From an uncultured Lachnospiraceae bacterium (GTDB lineage: Bacteria; Bacillota; Clostridia; Lachnospirales; Lachnospiraceae), in assembly GCA_934408585.1 (NCBI GenBank), contig CAKRVA010000003.1, forward strand, positions 139,509 through 203,508: DNA of 64,000 bases, in the 5' to 3' direction. Positions 19,240 to 28,267 of this stretch are shown piece by piece; the first letter of the stretch is position 1; every line of letters starts with the position of its first letter. The position numbers and the translations under genes were made by a program. The notes beneath the pieces were generated by a model. It worked only from the letters and a program-made list of their open reading frames with translations, did not search any database and had not been told where the DNA came from.

Positions 19240-19490
19240 GTTATGCCCTCGCACGTCAGATTGATTGGGTATAAGAAGCATTTTTTACTTGTTATACCCT
19301 CGCTCGGTGGGGTGGCTGGGTATGGGAGGGCATTTCTTGCCTGTTATACCCTCGCTTGCCAGTTTGATTGGGTATAGGAATGTATTTTTCACTCGCCATA
19401 CCCCCGTACAGCAATTTCACTGGGTATTAAGCGCAATTTCCTACTTCTATACCCAACGTGTCCGGCTGCTGAGGGTATAATCCACCAATT
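19240..19490. repeat. five tandem diverged repeats of about 52 bp, each carrying a TTATACCC...GGGTATAA-type inverted repeat
   Basis: GTTAT(A/G)CCCTCGC starts at 19240, 19291 and 19343, with degenerate copies at about 19395 and 19447. GGGTAT occurs at 19267, 19318, 19370, 19422 and 19473, giving a period of 51-52 bp. Confidence 0.8.
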
Positions 19491-19491
19491 T

Positions 19492-19926
19492 CTATAATTC
19501 CTTAACTTTATCCCAAAGCAGGCTGGTTGTTTTTCGCATTAATTGCAAATACTCGGTGCTTTCAGGTTTTGATAATTCATCAAAAACACTGTTTTCTGCC
19601 TCCATTACAGGATATATTTTTTCTTCCAGCATTTCTTTACCTTTCTCCGTAATGGAAATATGCATATCTCTGCGCTTCCCTTTTGTAAGCTGCAAAATGC
19701 CTTTTTCTTGCAACTTTTGTATGGAAGAATTGATGGTCTGCCGACTAAACAGATAAATATCCGCAATATCTTTCTGCAAACAGCCATCCCCCAATTCCGC
19801 AATTGCATACAGAATCATAAAAGCACTGTCCGAAAGTCCAACCTTCATACTGATTTCGTGGTAAATTCGGTCAATTTCCCGATAAAGATAATTTAACTCT
19901 TTCATCTCTTTTCGCAATTCAACCAT
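19492..19926 (-). CDS. MarR-family transcriptional regulator
   Basis: 144 aa with a winged-HTH pattern (..QKDIADIYLFSRQTINSSIQKLQEKGIL..). Lies upstream of the MATE gene. Confidence 0.85.
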   Translation of the reverse strand: MVELRKEMKELNYLYREIDRIYHEISMKVGLSDSAFMILYAIAELGDGCLQKDIADIYLFSRQTINSSIQKLQEKGILQLTKGKRRDMHISITEKGKEMLEEKIYPVMEAENSVFDELSKPESTEYLQLMRKTTSLLWDKVKEL

Positions 19927-19972
19927 AGATATCCTCCATTAAGTATTCTTGCTGTTACTCATGCTCTTTTTA

Positions 19973-20020
19973 AATCCGAAATCGGATTCATAGAAACGAA
20001 TTATAATCCGATTTCGGATT
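19973..20020. promoter_or_regulatory. pair of 16-bp near-palindromes (candidate MarR operators)
   Basis: AATCCGAAATCGGATT (19973-19988) and its reverse complement AATCCGATTTCGGATT (20005-20020), just upstream of the marR start at 19926. Confidence 0.45.
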
Positions 20021-20089
20021 ATTGTCAACTTTATTATTTTCTACACGATTATTTTTATAAACCTCCTACTATCCTTTACTTCTCTTATT

Positions 20090-20172
20090 ATGACTTACAA
20101 GCTATCATAACTTACAAACTACCATGACTTGCAACCATCATGTTTTCCAAACCACCATGACGTACCGTCATA
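20090..20172. repeat. five or six degenerate tandem repeats of 16-17 bp (ATGACTTACAAnCTAnC)
   Basis: ATGACTTACAAGCTATC / ATAACTTACAAACTACC / ATGACTTGCAACCATC / ATGTTTTCCAAACCACC / ATGACGTACCGTC, in the divergent marR intergenic region. Confidence 0.4.
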
Positions 20173-20199
20173 AATCCCCTAAGCAAAGTTTCAAATCCA

Positions 20200-20256
20200 A
20201 ATGTTGACATTTCAACATTTATGTTTTAAAATGCAAGAAGTTGAGTTGTCAACTTT
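20200..20256 (+). promoter_or_regulatory. promoter of the marR-degV operon with two GTTGA-N4-TCAAC dyads
   Basis: TTGACA (20204-20209), 17 nt spacer, TAAAAT (20227-20232). Dyad AATGTTGAcattTCAACATT overlaps the -35; dyad AAGTTGAgttgTCAACTT sits at 20239-20256. Confidence 0.5.
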
Positions 20257-20274
20257 TCTCGGGAGGTATTCGTT

Positions 20275-20721
20275 ATGATTGAACGGTTTGAAAAATTTTC
20301 ACTTGCTATTTCTGAAATTTCACATTACTGGCACAGCATTGCTAACGAGGAACTTCAGCCCTATGGTTTAAAAAGCTCGCATGCCATTTATCTGACCACC
20401 ATGTACCGATATCCGGACGGTGTTACCGCCCCGATGCTTGCTGATTTATGTGCAAGAGATAAAGCAGATGTTTCCCGCATGATGTCCATTATGGAGAAAA
20501 AGGGATTGATTATCAAAGAAGGGAATGGGCCCAAGTTGTACCGTGGTATTTTAAAACTTACCGATGAAGGAAGAGTTCTCGCCGGCAAAATCAATCAGCG
20601 TGCTGAGCTTGCCGTCCAACAGGCGAGTCAGGGCTTATCCGATGAAAAGCGCCTGATTTTTTATGAGGCACTTGATACCATTACGACCAATCTGCAAAGA
20701 ATTGCAAAAGAGGGATTATAG
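20275..20721 (+). CDS. MarR-family transcriptional regulator
   Basis: 148 aa with a MarR-like winged HTH (..LADLCARDKADVSRMMSIMEKKGLI..). Confidence 0.85.
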   Translation: MIERFEKFSLAISEISHYWHSIANEELQPYGLKSSHAIYLTTMYRYPDGVTAPMLADLCARDKADVSRMMSIMEKKGLIIKEGNGPKLYRGILKLTDEGRVLAGKINQRAELAVQQASQGLSDEKRLIFYEALDTITTNLQRIAKEGL

Positions 20722-20747
20722 ACAAAAATTTAAGAGGAGAATTTTTT

Positions 20748-21584
20748 ATGATTAAAATTATTACAGATTCTACTGCTGATTTAGCAGAAAATATCAGAAA
20801 TGACGTTCATGTTGTTCCACTAACCGTGTGCTTCGGTTCACAGGAATATTTAGATGGTGTTACGATTACACACAAAGAATTTTATGAAAAACTGGTAGAA
20901 TGTGACACGCTTCCTACTACAAGCCAGGCGGTTCCATCCTCTTTTATGAGAGTCTTTGATGAAGTACTGACGCCTGAAGACAGTGCCATTGTAATCACAC
21001 TGTCCTCCAAGCTATCAGGAACTTATCAAAGTGCTGTAATTGCTGCTGCCGAATATCCCAATGTTTATGTTATTGACAGTTGTTCTGTTGCCATTGGTGC
21101 AGGTATCCTAATTGAGTATGCTCTGCAATGCATCACCTCCGGAATGTCTGCCAGACAAATCACAGAAATTCTGGAGAAGAAGAAAAATGACATCTGCCTG
21201 ATTGCAATGCTTGATACCCTTGAATATCTCAAAAAAGGTGGTCGCATTTCTTCTACAACCGCTTTTGCCGGTGGGCTTCTTAACATCAAGCCTGTCGTAA
21301 ATATTGAGAATGGAGAAATCCACATTCTCGGGAAAGCACGTGGTTCAAAACAGGGCAATAATCTTTTAATTCAGGAAATCCAAAAATGCGGTGGCATCAA
21401 CTTTGATATGCCTATTCTCCTTGGCCACACCGGACTTACAGACGCCCTCCTTCTGAAATATATCGAAGACAGCAAAGCCATTTGGGAAAACGGCGTTGAA
21501 AATCTGCGTTATACCTCTATTGGCAGCGTGGTTGGTACACACACCGGACCTGGCGTCATTGCAGCTGCGTTTTTTCGGAAATAG
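20748..21584 (+). CDS. DegV-family fatty-acid-binding protein
   Basis: MIKIITDSTADL... and the overall DegV pattern (EYLKKGGRIS). Confidence 0.9.
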   Translation: MIKIITDSTADLAENIRNDVHVVPLTVCFGSQEYLDGVTITHKEFYEKLVECDTLPTTSQAVPSSFMRVFDEVLTPEDSAIVITLSSKLSGTYQSAVIAAAEYPNVYVIDSCSVAIGAGILIEYALQCITSGMSARQITEILEKKKNDICLIAMLDTLEYLKKGGRISSTTAFAGGLLNIKPVVNIENGEIHILGKARGSKQGNNLLIQEIQKCGGINFDMPILLGHTGLTDALLLKYIEDSKAIWENGVENLRYTSIGSVVGTHTGPGVIAAAFFRK

Positions 21585-21593
21585 TATCTTTGA

Positions 21594-21923
21594 TTAAAAT
21601 ATAACCACCAGCAACATCTTGAACTGCTCCTGGCCAAATACTGCATGGGGATGTTTTGCAGGCATTACTATCGATTGTCCCTCCCGCAATTCATAATCTG
21701 TACCATCTATTGTTATTTTTCCGACTCCATCGAGGCAGGTAACGAAAGCGTCACCACCGGATTCATGTGTACTGATTTCTTCGCCCTTGTCAAAAGCAAA
21801 CAAAGTTACACTTACATGCTCATTCTGTGCCAAAGTTTTGCTGACTACCTGTCCTTCCTGATATGCTACCTGGTCTTTTAATACCAGAACTTCTGCTTTA
21901 CTGATATTTTTCATTCCACTCAT
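21594..21923 (-). CDS. cupin-domain protein
   Basis: 109 aa with a small beta-barrel pattern (..HESGGDAFVTCLDG...PAKHPHAV..). Confidence 0.7.
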   Translation of the reverse strand: MSGMKNISKAEVLVLKDQVAYQEGQVVSKTLAQNEHVSVTLFAFDKGEEISTHESGGDAFVTCLDGVGKITIDGTDYELREGQSIVMPAKHPHAVFGQEQFKMLLVVIF

Positions 21924-21990
21924 ATTGTTTCCTCCTGATTTTTATAAACTGGTTTTTGGTGTAATGTATCTTCTGATACTCAAGATATTA

Positions 21991-22260
21991 TTATATCCAA
22001 TTATAGTCTCCCCCAGTAATTGCAAGGGATAAAAGTCCATCCATTTTTTCCACTTCCTCTTCTCCCTCAATAACCTGCACAAGCTTTGCTGTTTCCGCAG
22101 CCTGCACCATTTCCTCATCCGGACCGATTTCCATATCGGGTTCCTCACCACAGTCTGGGCAAACCATCTGCGGTCCGATTTGTAATGACAGAAATCTGCT
22201 TCCACATTCTTTACACTCATAATATCCACACCTTTTTGTGCCATCCGGTACATAATACAT
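21991..22260 (-). CDS. small zinc-ribbon protein with an acidic tail (unknown function)
   Basis: CKECGSRF...CPDCG provides two CxxC pairs. Strong RBS AGGAGGTG. Confidence 0.5.
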   Translation of the reverse strand: MYYVPDGTKRCGYYECKECGSRFLSLQIGPQMVCPDCGEEPDMEIGPDEEMVQAAETAKLVQVIEGEEEVEKMDGLLSLAITGGDYNWI

Positions 22261-22281
22261 GATATCACCTCCTGGTATTTT

Positions 22282-23097
22282 TTAATTATTCTTCCCCAGC
22301 TCCCAAAAAGCCACTGCGCTTGCGGCGGCAACATTCAGGGAATCTACGCCATGCGTCATCGGAATCTGTACGGTATAATCGCAATCTGCGATGGTATCAT
22401 AAGAAAGACCGTCCCCCTCTGTTCCGAGGACGATTGCTAATTTTTTCTCTGCAAGAATTTCAGGGTCGTCCAGCTTCCGGCTATTCTCCTTTAATGCCAT
22501 TGCAACTGTTTTAAATCCTTGACGATGGAGATATTCCATTACATGTTCGGGCCAGCTTTCTTCCTCCAGAATCATCCATGGCACCTGGAAAACCGTTCCC
22601 ATGCTCACTCTTGCTGCCCGGCGATATAATGGGTTGCTACATCCTTTCGTCAATAGAACGCCATCCATACCAAGTGCGGCGGCAGAGCGAAAAATAGCAC
22701 CCACATTCGTTGGATTTACCACATTTTCAAGAATAGCAATGCGACGGGCGCCCGTACAAATCTCTTCCAATGTTGGCAGAGTTTTTCGCCTCATGGCACA
22801 TAACATTCCCCTTGCCAGAGAAAAACCAATGATTTGTGATAAAAGCTCCGGTGCCGCAGTGTATACCGGGACATTCCCACAGCATTCCATAATTGATTTT
22901 TCTTTTTCCGTTATTGCTTTTTTATCGACAAGAAAAGAGAGCGGCTGGTATCCCGCATCCAATGCACGTAGAATAACATTTGGACTTTCCGCAATCAGTA
23001 TACCCAGTTCCGGTTCATAATAATGCAAAAGCTGTGCTTCCTTTTTATCTATATACATTTCCAGTTCCGGCGTATGTAAATCGGTTATTTCAATCAT
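22282..23097 (-). CDS. TrmH/SpoU-family RNA 2'-O-methyltransferase
   Basis: SpoU methylase motifs (NPTNVGAIFRSAAALG, LGTEGDGLS, SLNVAAASAV). Confidence 0.8.
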   Translation of the reverse strand: MIEITDLHTPELEMYIDKKEAQLLHYYEPELGILIAESPNVILRALDAGYQPLSFLVDKKAITEKEKSIMECCGNVPVYTAAPELLSQIIGFSLARGMLCAMRRKTLPTLEEICTGARRIAILENVVNPTNVGAIFRSAAALGMDGVLLTKGCSNPLYRRAARVSMGTVFQVPWMILEEESWPEHVMEYLHRQGFKTVAMALKENSRKLDDPEILAEKKLAIVLGTEGDGLSYDTIADCDYTVQIPMTHGVDSLNVAAASAVAFWELGKNN

Positions 23098-23575
23098 TTG
23101 TTATTCCTGCATTTTCATATATTTTTAGAACCTTGTCCACCAGACGGTTTCCTTGATATACCAGCTTCAACGTAAAAAATCGTCTTTCATTCTGTAAAAG
23201 GAGCTTCAAAAACTCCTGGTCACCTTCCCAGGCAGGAAGTTCCAGCACTTTTTCCTTGGGAATCCATGCAAGTTCCCCTTCACTGCAGGGAATGGGCGTT
23301 CCTTCAAAACCATCTGCCGTAAAAAGGCACATCATCTCCGGCTCCTGCTCGTCACTCAAAAACGAAATCAGTGCCCGGAACTGATATTTTGTCAGTGTAT
23401 ATCCGGTTTCCTCCAAAACCTCACGGACAAGACAATCCTCCGGACTTTCTCCCGCCTCCAGATGTCCTCCTACACCAATCCATTTTCCCTCATTCGGGTC
23501 CTGTTTCTTTTTCGTCCGATGCAGCATCAGATATTTTTCTTCTTTTTCCATATAACATAGCGTCGTTATTTTCAT
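23090..23575 (-). CDS. NUDIX hydrolase (MutT-like)
   Basis: NUDIX box GGHLEAGESPEDCLVREVLEETG. Confidence 0.85.
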   Translation of the reverse strand: MKITTLCYMEKEEKYLMLHRTKKKQDPNEGKWIGVGGHLEAGESPEDCLVREVLEETGYTLTKYQFRALISFLSDEQEPEMMCLFTADGFEGTPIPCSEGELAWIPKEKVLELPAWEGDQEFLKLLLQNERRFFTLKLVYQGNRLVDKVLKIYENAGITND

Positions 23576-24663
23576 TATGCTTTTTCTTCCCGTCTTCTTT
23601 TTCGCCTTACACGGTTAATATGCCGTTCATAATCTCCGCTCCGAAGCAGCTCCGACAATACATACTGCTCAAACAGAGGCACCGTGCAGGAATAAAATCC
23701 AAGCTTCTCGTTAAAGCCCTCTACCATTCCGGGCGGCAGTATCATATAACCAATACGTACGGAAGGGGCAATCGTTTTTGAAAATGTATTCATATAAATC
23801 ACATCAACATCTTCTGCCATGGAAAACAACGAGCTCTCCGGTTTACTTGACACGGTCAGTTCCGAGTCATAATTATCTTCCACAATAACCGCTTTTCTCT
23901 TTTTTGCCCAATTTAAATATTCCCGCTTTTGCGAAATTCCTATTGTGATTCCACTCGGATAACTGTTAAACGGGGTAACATGCAGCACGGTTGCCTGCGT
24001 TCTTGCAAGCTCTGAAGGCAAAATTCCGTCAGTAGAAAGCGTCAGCATGTCACAAGTTATACCCATTGCTTCGTAAACCTTACGGATTTTTTCATAAGAC
24101 GGTTTTTCCAGTCCAAAGGTACACCCTGTTCCAAATAGCTGTGCTACCAATCCATATAAATATTCTGCACCGGAACCAATAATTACCTGACTCGGATTTA
24201 TCTGAATTCCTCTGCTTCTTCCAAGATAAGAACAGATTTCCATTCGCAATTCCTTGCAGCCATGATTGGGCGATTTGATTAAAATTTCCTCCCCATAATC
24301 CAAAAGTACCTTCCGCATAGTTTTTGCAAGAACGCTATAAGGGAATTCACTTACATGATGCACCTGTGGATGTGGTGTGCGCCATTCCATCTGATTCGGC
24401 TCCGGAATCACCTGAAAATCCGCCTCACGGTAAATCACAAAGCATCCGCTTCTCTGCTTTGTTTCAATATATCCTTCATCACTCAGCAAATTCATCGTAT
24501 GTTCTACCGTAATGACACTGACACCTGTTTCTTCCGCAATAATACGTTTGGATGGAAGCCGTGTATTTAACGGATAAATTCCGGATACAATATCCTGTAC
24601 AAAATAATTATAAAGTTGAATATAAGCAGGTATATTGCTCTTTTGATCGATTAAATAGTTCAT
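23575..24663 (-). CDS. GntR-family regulator fused to an aminotransferase-like domain (MocR/PdxR-like, short form)
   Basis: N-terminal GntR wHTH (LPSKRIIAEETGVSVITVEHTMNLLSDEGYI) followed by a fold-type-I aminotransferase-like region. Confidence 0.75.
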   Translation of the reverse strand: MNYLIDQKSNIPAYIQLYNYFVQDIVSGIYPLNTRLPSKRIIAEETGVSVITVEHTMNLLSDEGYIETKQRSGCFVIYREADFQVIPEPNQMEWRTPHPQVHHVSEFPYSVLAKTMRKVLLDYGEEILIKSPNHGCKELRMEICSYLGRSRGIQINPSQVIIGSGAEYLYGLVAQLFGTGCTFGLEKPSYEKIRKVYEAMGITCDMLTLSTDGILPSELARTQATVLHVTPFNSYPSGITIGISQKREYLNWAKKRKAVIVEDNYDSELTVSSKPESSLFSMAEDVDVIYMNTFSKTIAPSVRIGYMILPPGMVEGFNEKLGFYSCTVPLFEQYVLSELLRSGDYERHINRVRRKRRREEKA

Positions 24664-24756
24664 CTGGTTATACTAAAAACTCCTGTTTTGGTCATTTTGA
24701 TATTACCAATTTGATTGTATGCTGAATCCAATCATTTGTAAAGGAGTAATAAAAAC

Positions 24757-25290
24757 ATGAACAAAAATCAGACAAAAATCACAACCATACGACTCACCAC
24801 CGCTGCCGTACTCATGGCAATGACCATTGCTCTCAGTTCTTTTGGAATTCCGGTGCCCGGCGGACATTTATACTTATGTGATGTTATTATCTGCCTTGCT
24901 GCCATTTTGCTTAATCCCTTTGAAGCATTTCTCGTTGGCGGCGTTGGCTCTTTCCTTGGAGATTTGCTTTTTTACCCGGCACCCATGTTTGTTTCTCTTG
25001 TAACCCACGGATTACAGGCTGTTGTAATCTCCCTCATATCCCATAAGGTTTTGAAAAACCACCCAAAGATTGCGTCGGGAATCGGTGTTACTGTTGGAGC
25101 GGTAATTATGGTCGTTGGGTATACGTTAGGCAAAATTTATGTTTACAGTACGCTTGAATATGCTATTATAAAACTGCCCTATGAAATTGCCCAGGGCGCT
25201 GTAGGTGCTATTTTCGGTATGTTTTTATGCTGGAAATGCGGCATCCATAAATTATTTCAAAATATGATTGCCAATAAAGAAGCAAAATAA
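24757..25290 (+). CDS. ECF-transporter S-component-like membrane protein
   Basis: 177 aa, about 6 TM, S-component-like. Divergent from the MocR-like regulator, so a vitamin B6-related substrate is only an inference. Confidence 0.55.
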   Translation: MNKNQTKITTIRLTTAAVLMAMTIALSSFGIPVPGGHLYLCDVIICLAAILLNPFEAFLVGGVGSFLGDLLFYPAPMFVSLVTHGLQAVVISLISHKVLKNHPKIASGIGVTVGAVIMVVGYTLGKIYVYSTLEYAIIKLPYEIAQGAVGAIFGMFLCWKCGIHKLFQNMIANKEAK

Positions 25291-25303
25291 TGGAGTGAAT
25301 TTT

Positions 25304-25849
25304 ATGTATGAAGAAGTAAAAACACAGGCGTATGAGGTTACTTGTGAATTATGTGAAAAAGCCAAACTAAGAAAAGGACAGATTCTGGTCGTCGGATGCT
25401 CCTCCTCGGAAGTATGCGGTGACAAAATCGGAAGCAACTCCAATCTCGAGGTTGCCGAATCTGTTTTTGCCGGAATCTATCAGGCTGTACAGGAACAGGG
25501 CATTTATTTGGCTGCACAGTGTTGTGAGCATCTGAATCGTGCCATTATCATCGAACAGGATGCCCTTCCAAACGCAGATATCGTCAATGTTGTTCCGCAG
25601 CCAAAAGCAGGTGGTTCTTTTGCGACTACGGCTTACAAAACATTTCATCATCCCATTGCGGTAGAAGAAATCCGTGCAGATGCAGGAATTGACATTGGTG
25701 ATACTTTTATCGGAATGCATCTGAAAAAGGTAGCTGTACCGGTCCGTCTTACTCATCATGAAATCGGACAGGCACATATTACTGCTGCACGGGTGCGTCC
25801 CAAATTTATCGGCGGCGAACGTGCTCATTATAATGAAGAGCTGGAGTAA
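25304..25849 (+). CDS. TIGR01440/DUF436-family protein
   Basis: GQILVVGCSSSEV.G..IG...AAQCCEHLNRA pattern, recognised from memory. Start moved to the ATG at 25304. Confidence 0.65.
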   Translation: MYEEVKTQAYEVTCELCEKAKLRKGQILVVGCSSSEVCGDKIGSNSNLEVAESVFAGIYQAVQEQGIYLAAQCCEHLNRAIIIEQDALPNADIVNVVPQPKAGGSFATTAYKTFHHPIAVEEIRADAGIDIGDTFIGMHLKKVAVPVRLTHHEIGQAHITAARVRPKFIGGERAHYNEELE

Positions 25850-25868
25850 AATTACTCCAGCTCTTTTT
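25838..25868. terminator. bidirectional terminator between convergent genes
   Basis: GAGCTGGAGTAA-aa-TTACTCCAGCTC (12-bp arms) followed by TTTTT. Confidence 0.6.
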
Positions 25869-26706
25869 CTACAGGCACCTGAATTTCTGTCAGCCATTCT
25901 GCCGGTGTATCTTTATTCCAAACACCATCAATATAGCTTTCCCGAATATTTCCACAGATATGATATCCATTTTCTTCAATGTATCTGATCACTGCGGCAT
26001 AAGACATTGGCAGACTATCGTAAGACCCTTTGTGATAAATACATGCTGCCGTTATCTCCGGCATCGTTTTAAACTTTAACCATTCCGTTTCTGCTCTCTG
26101 TTCCGTCACTGCCTCACAGGTTTCAATCAAAATCTGTTTTTCTTTATACATAGGTTCCAAATAGTTGGTAAAGCAATATTCCGGTTTTGCACATTGACAG
26201 CCCACTTTTTCCATCTCGCTCCCCATCAGAGGCATCAGATGAAACAATTCATCATAAGAATCAATTCTTTTTTGTACATAGGCAATAATCACTTTGGGCA
26301 CTGTTTTAACCAATATCGGTGCCGATAAAACATTTTCCTCTGCACACAGATATGTATCGATAATTGCAATTTTATTTGTCAGTTCTGCAATTTGTGATAA
26401 TAACTGTGATTTCTTTTTCTGCAAAAGCAGTTTTTCATCCTGCCCCCGATTAATCTTCTTAATGTCCTCTAAAGTAAATCCTGCACACTTCAATGCTGTA
26501 ATCTGATGGACAACTGCCATTTGATTTAACGTATAATACCGGTATCCGCTTTCATCATCTACATGGGCAGGAAAGAGTAAGCCCTGTTCTTCATAAAACC
26601 GCAATGCTTTTACGGTAACATGATTCATTTGTGCAAACATTCCGATTTTATAAAGATATGGTTTCGTTTGTTTTTCGCACTTCTCGTGCTGCTCCGTCAT
26701 TCTCAT
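25852..26706 (-). CDS. MerR-family regulator with a GyrI-like effector-binding domain (BmrR-type)
   Basis: YKIGMFAQMNHVTVKALRFYEEQGLL HTH, coiled coil, and a C-terminal GyrI-like domain. Confidence 0.85.
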   Translation of the reverse strand: MRMTEQHEKCEKQTKPYLYKIGMFAQMNHVTVKALRFYEEQGLLFPAHVDDESGYRYYTLNQMAVVHQITALKCAGFTLEDIKKINRGQDEKLLLQKKKSQLLSQIAELTNKIAIIDTYLCAEENVLSAPILVKTVPKVIIAYVQKRIDSYDELFHLMPLMGSEMEKVGCQCAKPEYCFTNYLEPMYKEKQILIETCEAVTEQRAETEWLKFKTMPEITAACIYHKGSYDSLPMSYAAVIRYIEENGYHICGNIRESYIDGVWNKDTPAEWLTEIQVPVEKELE

Positions 26707-26718
26707 TTTTTCCTTTTC

Positions 26719-27468
26719 CTATTCCCACTGAAATGTTTTTGTTGCAACGCAAGTGCATACAACTGCAATCAGAAATAATCCTAACAGTTCCGGTATCCTG
26801 TCACTCATGGAATTTCCCATACTCGCCGCTTTCATTGTCCGGATTCCGATACTGAGTGGCATCCATTTTGCTACCATCTGCATTCCCTTGGGAAATAATT
26901 CAAATGGAATCGTGGCACCACTAAACAGAAGCATTGGAAAATATAAAACACTCGTAACTACATTTAAAATTCTTGCATTTTTGCATAAACCTGCTGCCAG
27001 AAGTCCAATTGCAAACATCGAAATCATCGTTAAAAACCATGTTCCTATAAAGATAAAAACATTTCCCTGCATGCGATACCCAAGCACCAGCCATGCAACA
27101 ATACTCACACAAATTGCAGACAATGACGCCATCACACCACTACACATCACATCTGCCATCAGAAGTCTAAACGGACTGCAGGGACTACAATATAACCTTT
27201 TTAAGATTTTTTTGTCCCGATAATCCACAACAACGATTGGAATACTCATGAATGCACTACAGCAGATTCCGACTGCACATATGGCAGCATAGGAACTTTG
27301 CAGATACGTCATGTTAGTATCACCTGCCATTTTTCCGCCTGCAATGATTCCTATTAAAAATAATGTTACCACAGGCATACACAGATTGAAAATAAACACA
27401 TCTGTATTCCTGAAAAATAATTTTTGTTCCATTCGATATAATGTAAAAAATCGTTTCATCTTTAACAT
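26719..27468 (-). CDS. ABC-2-type transporter permease
   Basis: 249 aa, 6 TM. Overlaps the ATPase gene stop. Confidence 0.8.
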   Translation of the reverse strand: MLKMKRFFTLYRMEQKLFFRNTDVFIFNLCMPVVTLFLIGIIAGGKMAGDTNMTYLQSSYAAICAVGICCSAFMSIPIVVVDYRDKKILKRLYCSPCSPFRLLMADVMCSGVMASLSAICVSIVAWLVLGYRMQGNVFIFIGTWFLTMISMFAIGLLAAGLCKNARILNVVTSVLYFPMLLFSGATIPFELFPKGMQMVAKWMPLSIGIRTMKAASMGNSMSDRIPELLGLFLIAVVCTCVATKTFQWE

Positions 27469-28187
27469 GCTACCTCCTCACCCATGTACCACAGATAAGC
27501 CTCTTCCAGATTATCATATGGCGAACTTTCAATAATCTCCGAAACCGTTCCTTCTATCAACTTTTTCCCGTTTTTTATCAATGCAATCCTATCGCATAAC
27601 GCCTGTGCTTCCTCCATGTAATGTGTGGTAAGAAAAAGTGTCATCCCTTTTTCCTTCAGATGATTTAACGTCCTCCATACTTCACGTCTTGCAGCAACAT
27701 CCAATCCCGTTGTAAGCTCATCCAAAAACAATATTTCGGGTGCACCTATCAGTGAAAGCACCACCGAAAGTTTCTGTCGCTCTCCGCCGGATAACTTCAT
27801 AACCGATACATTTTCTAATCCATTTAATCCAAAACTCTTTAACAACACTTTATAATCCATCGGCTTTCGATATAAGGAGGCATACTCCTCGCATATCTCC
27901 TCCATGCGCAATCCCTCCTGATAGGAAGAAGATTGCAACTGTACTCCGACTTTTTCAAACACTTTTTTCCGATTCTCTGCCACATTCATACCCAGAATCT
28001 GTGCAGTTCCTTCCTCCGGCTTTTTTAATCCCAAAATCATTTCAATCGTTGTACTTTTTCCTGCACCATTGTGTCCAAGCAACCCAAACGTTTCTCCCCT
28101 TTTGACTTCCAATGATAAATTGTCTACCACTCTCCTTCCCTGAAAGGACTTACTTACATTCTTTACTTCAATGCATAATTTACACAT
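27462..28187 (-). CDS. ABC transporter ATP-binding protein
   Basis: Walker A GHNGAGKST, signature LSGGERQKL, Walker B ILFLDE. Start moved to the ATG at 28187 behind AGGAGG. Confidence 0.9.
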   Translation of the reverse strand: MCKLCIEVKNVSKSFQGRRVVDNLSLEVKRGETFGLLGHNGAGKSTTIEMILGLKKPEEGTAQILGMNVAENRKKVFEKVGVQLQSSSYQEGLRMEEICEEYASLYRKPMDYKVLLKSFGLNGLENVSVMKLSGGERQKLSVVLSLIGAPEILFLDELTTGLDVAARREVWRTLNHLKEKGMTLFLTTHYMEEAQALCDRIALIKNGKKLIEGTVSEIIESSPYDNLEEAYLWYMGEEVAC

Positions 28188-28219
28188 AAAAAATCCTCCT
28201 TGCTTTTTCTGCAAGAAGG

Positions 28220-28251
28220 ATTATATATGCTCCCCCTAAGGGGAGAGTCAA
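28220..28251 (-). promoter_or_regulatory. long-spacer promoter with a central dyad (candidate MerR-type operator)
   Basis: Minus strand: TTGACT-ctccccttagggggagcata-TATAAT. The spacer is 19-20 nt depending on the -10 register, and the dyad CTCCCCttaGGGGGAG fills it. Confidence 0.5.
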
Positions 28252-28267
28252 GTTCTTTTTTACATGC

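Noticed and set aside
19265-19480. 71-aa ORF inside the marR-MATE spacer
   Set aside because: Its periodic sequence simply reflects translation of the 52-bp tandem repeats. It has no RBS.
19240-19490. CRISPR array
   Set aside because: The units are contiguous diverged 52-bp repeats without unique spacers, and there are no cas genes in the window.
21942-22334. 130-aa minus-strand ORF
   Set aside because: It overlaps, out of frame, both the RBS-supported zinc-ribbon ORF (21991-22260) and the 3' end of the TrmH-family gene.
24664-24756. Riboswitch upstream of the ECF S-component gene
   Set aside because: The leader is about 90 nt with no recognisable aptamer (THF, TPP, FMN or preQ1). It more likely carries MocR-type binding repeats, which I could not define confidently.
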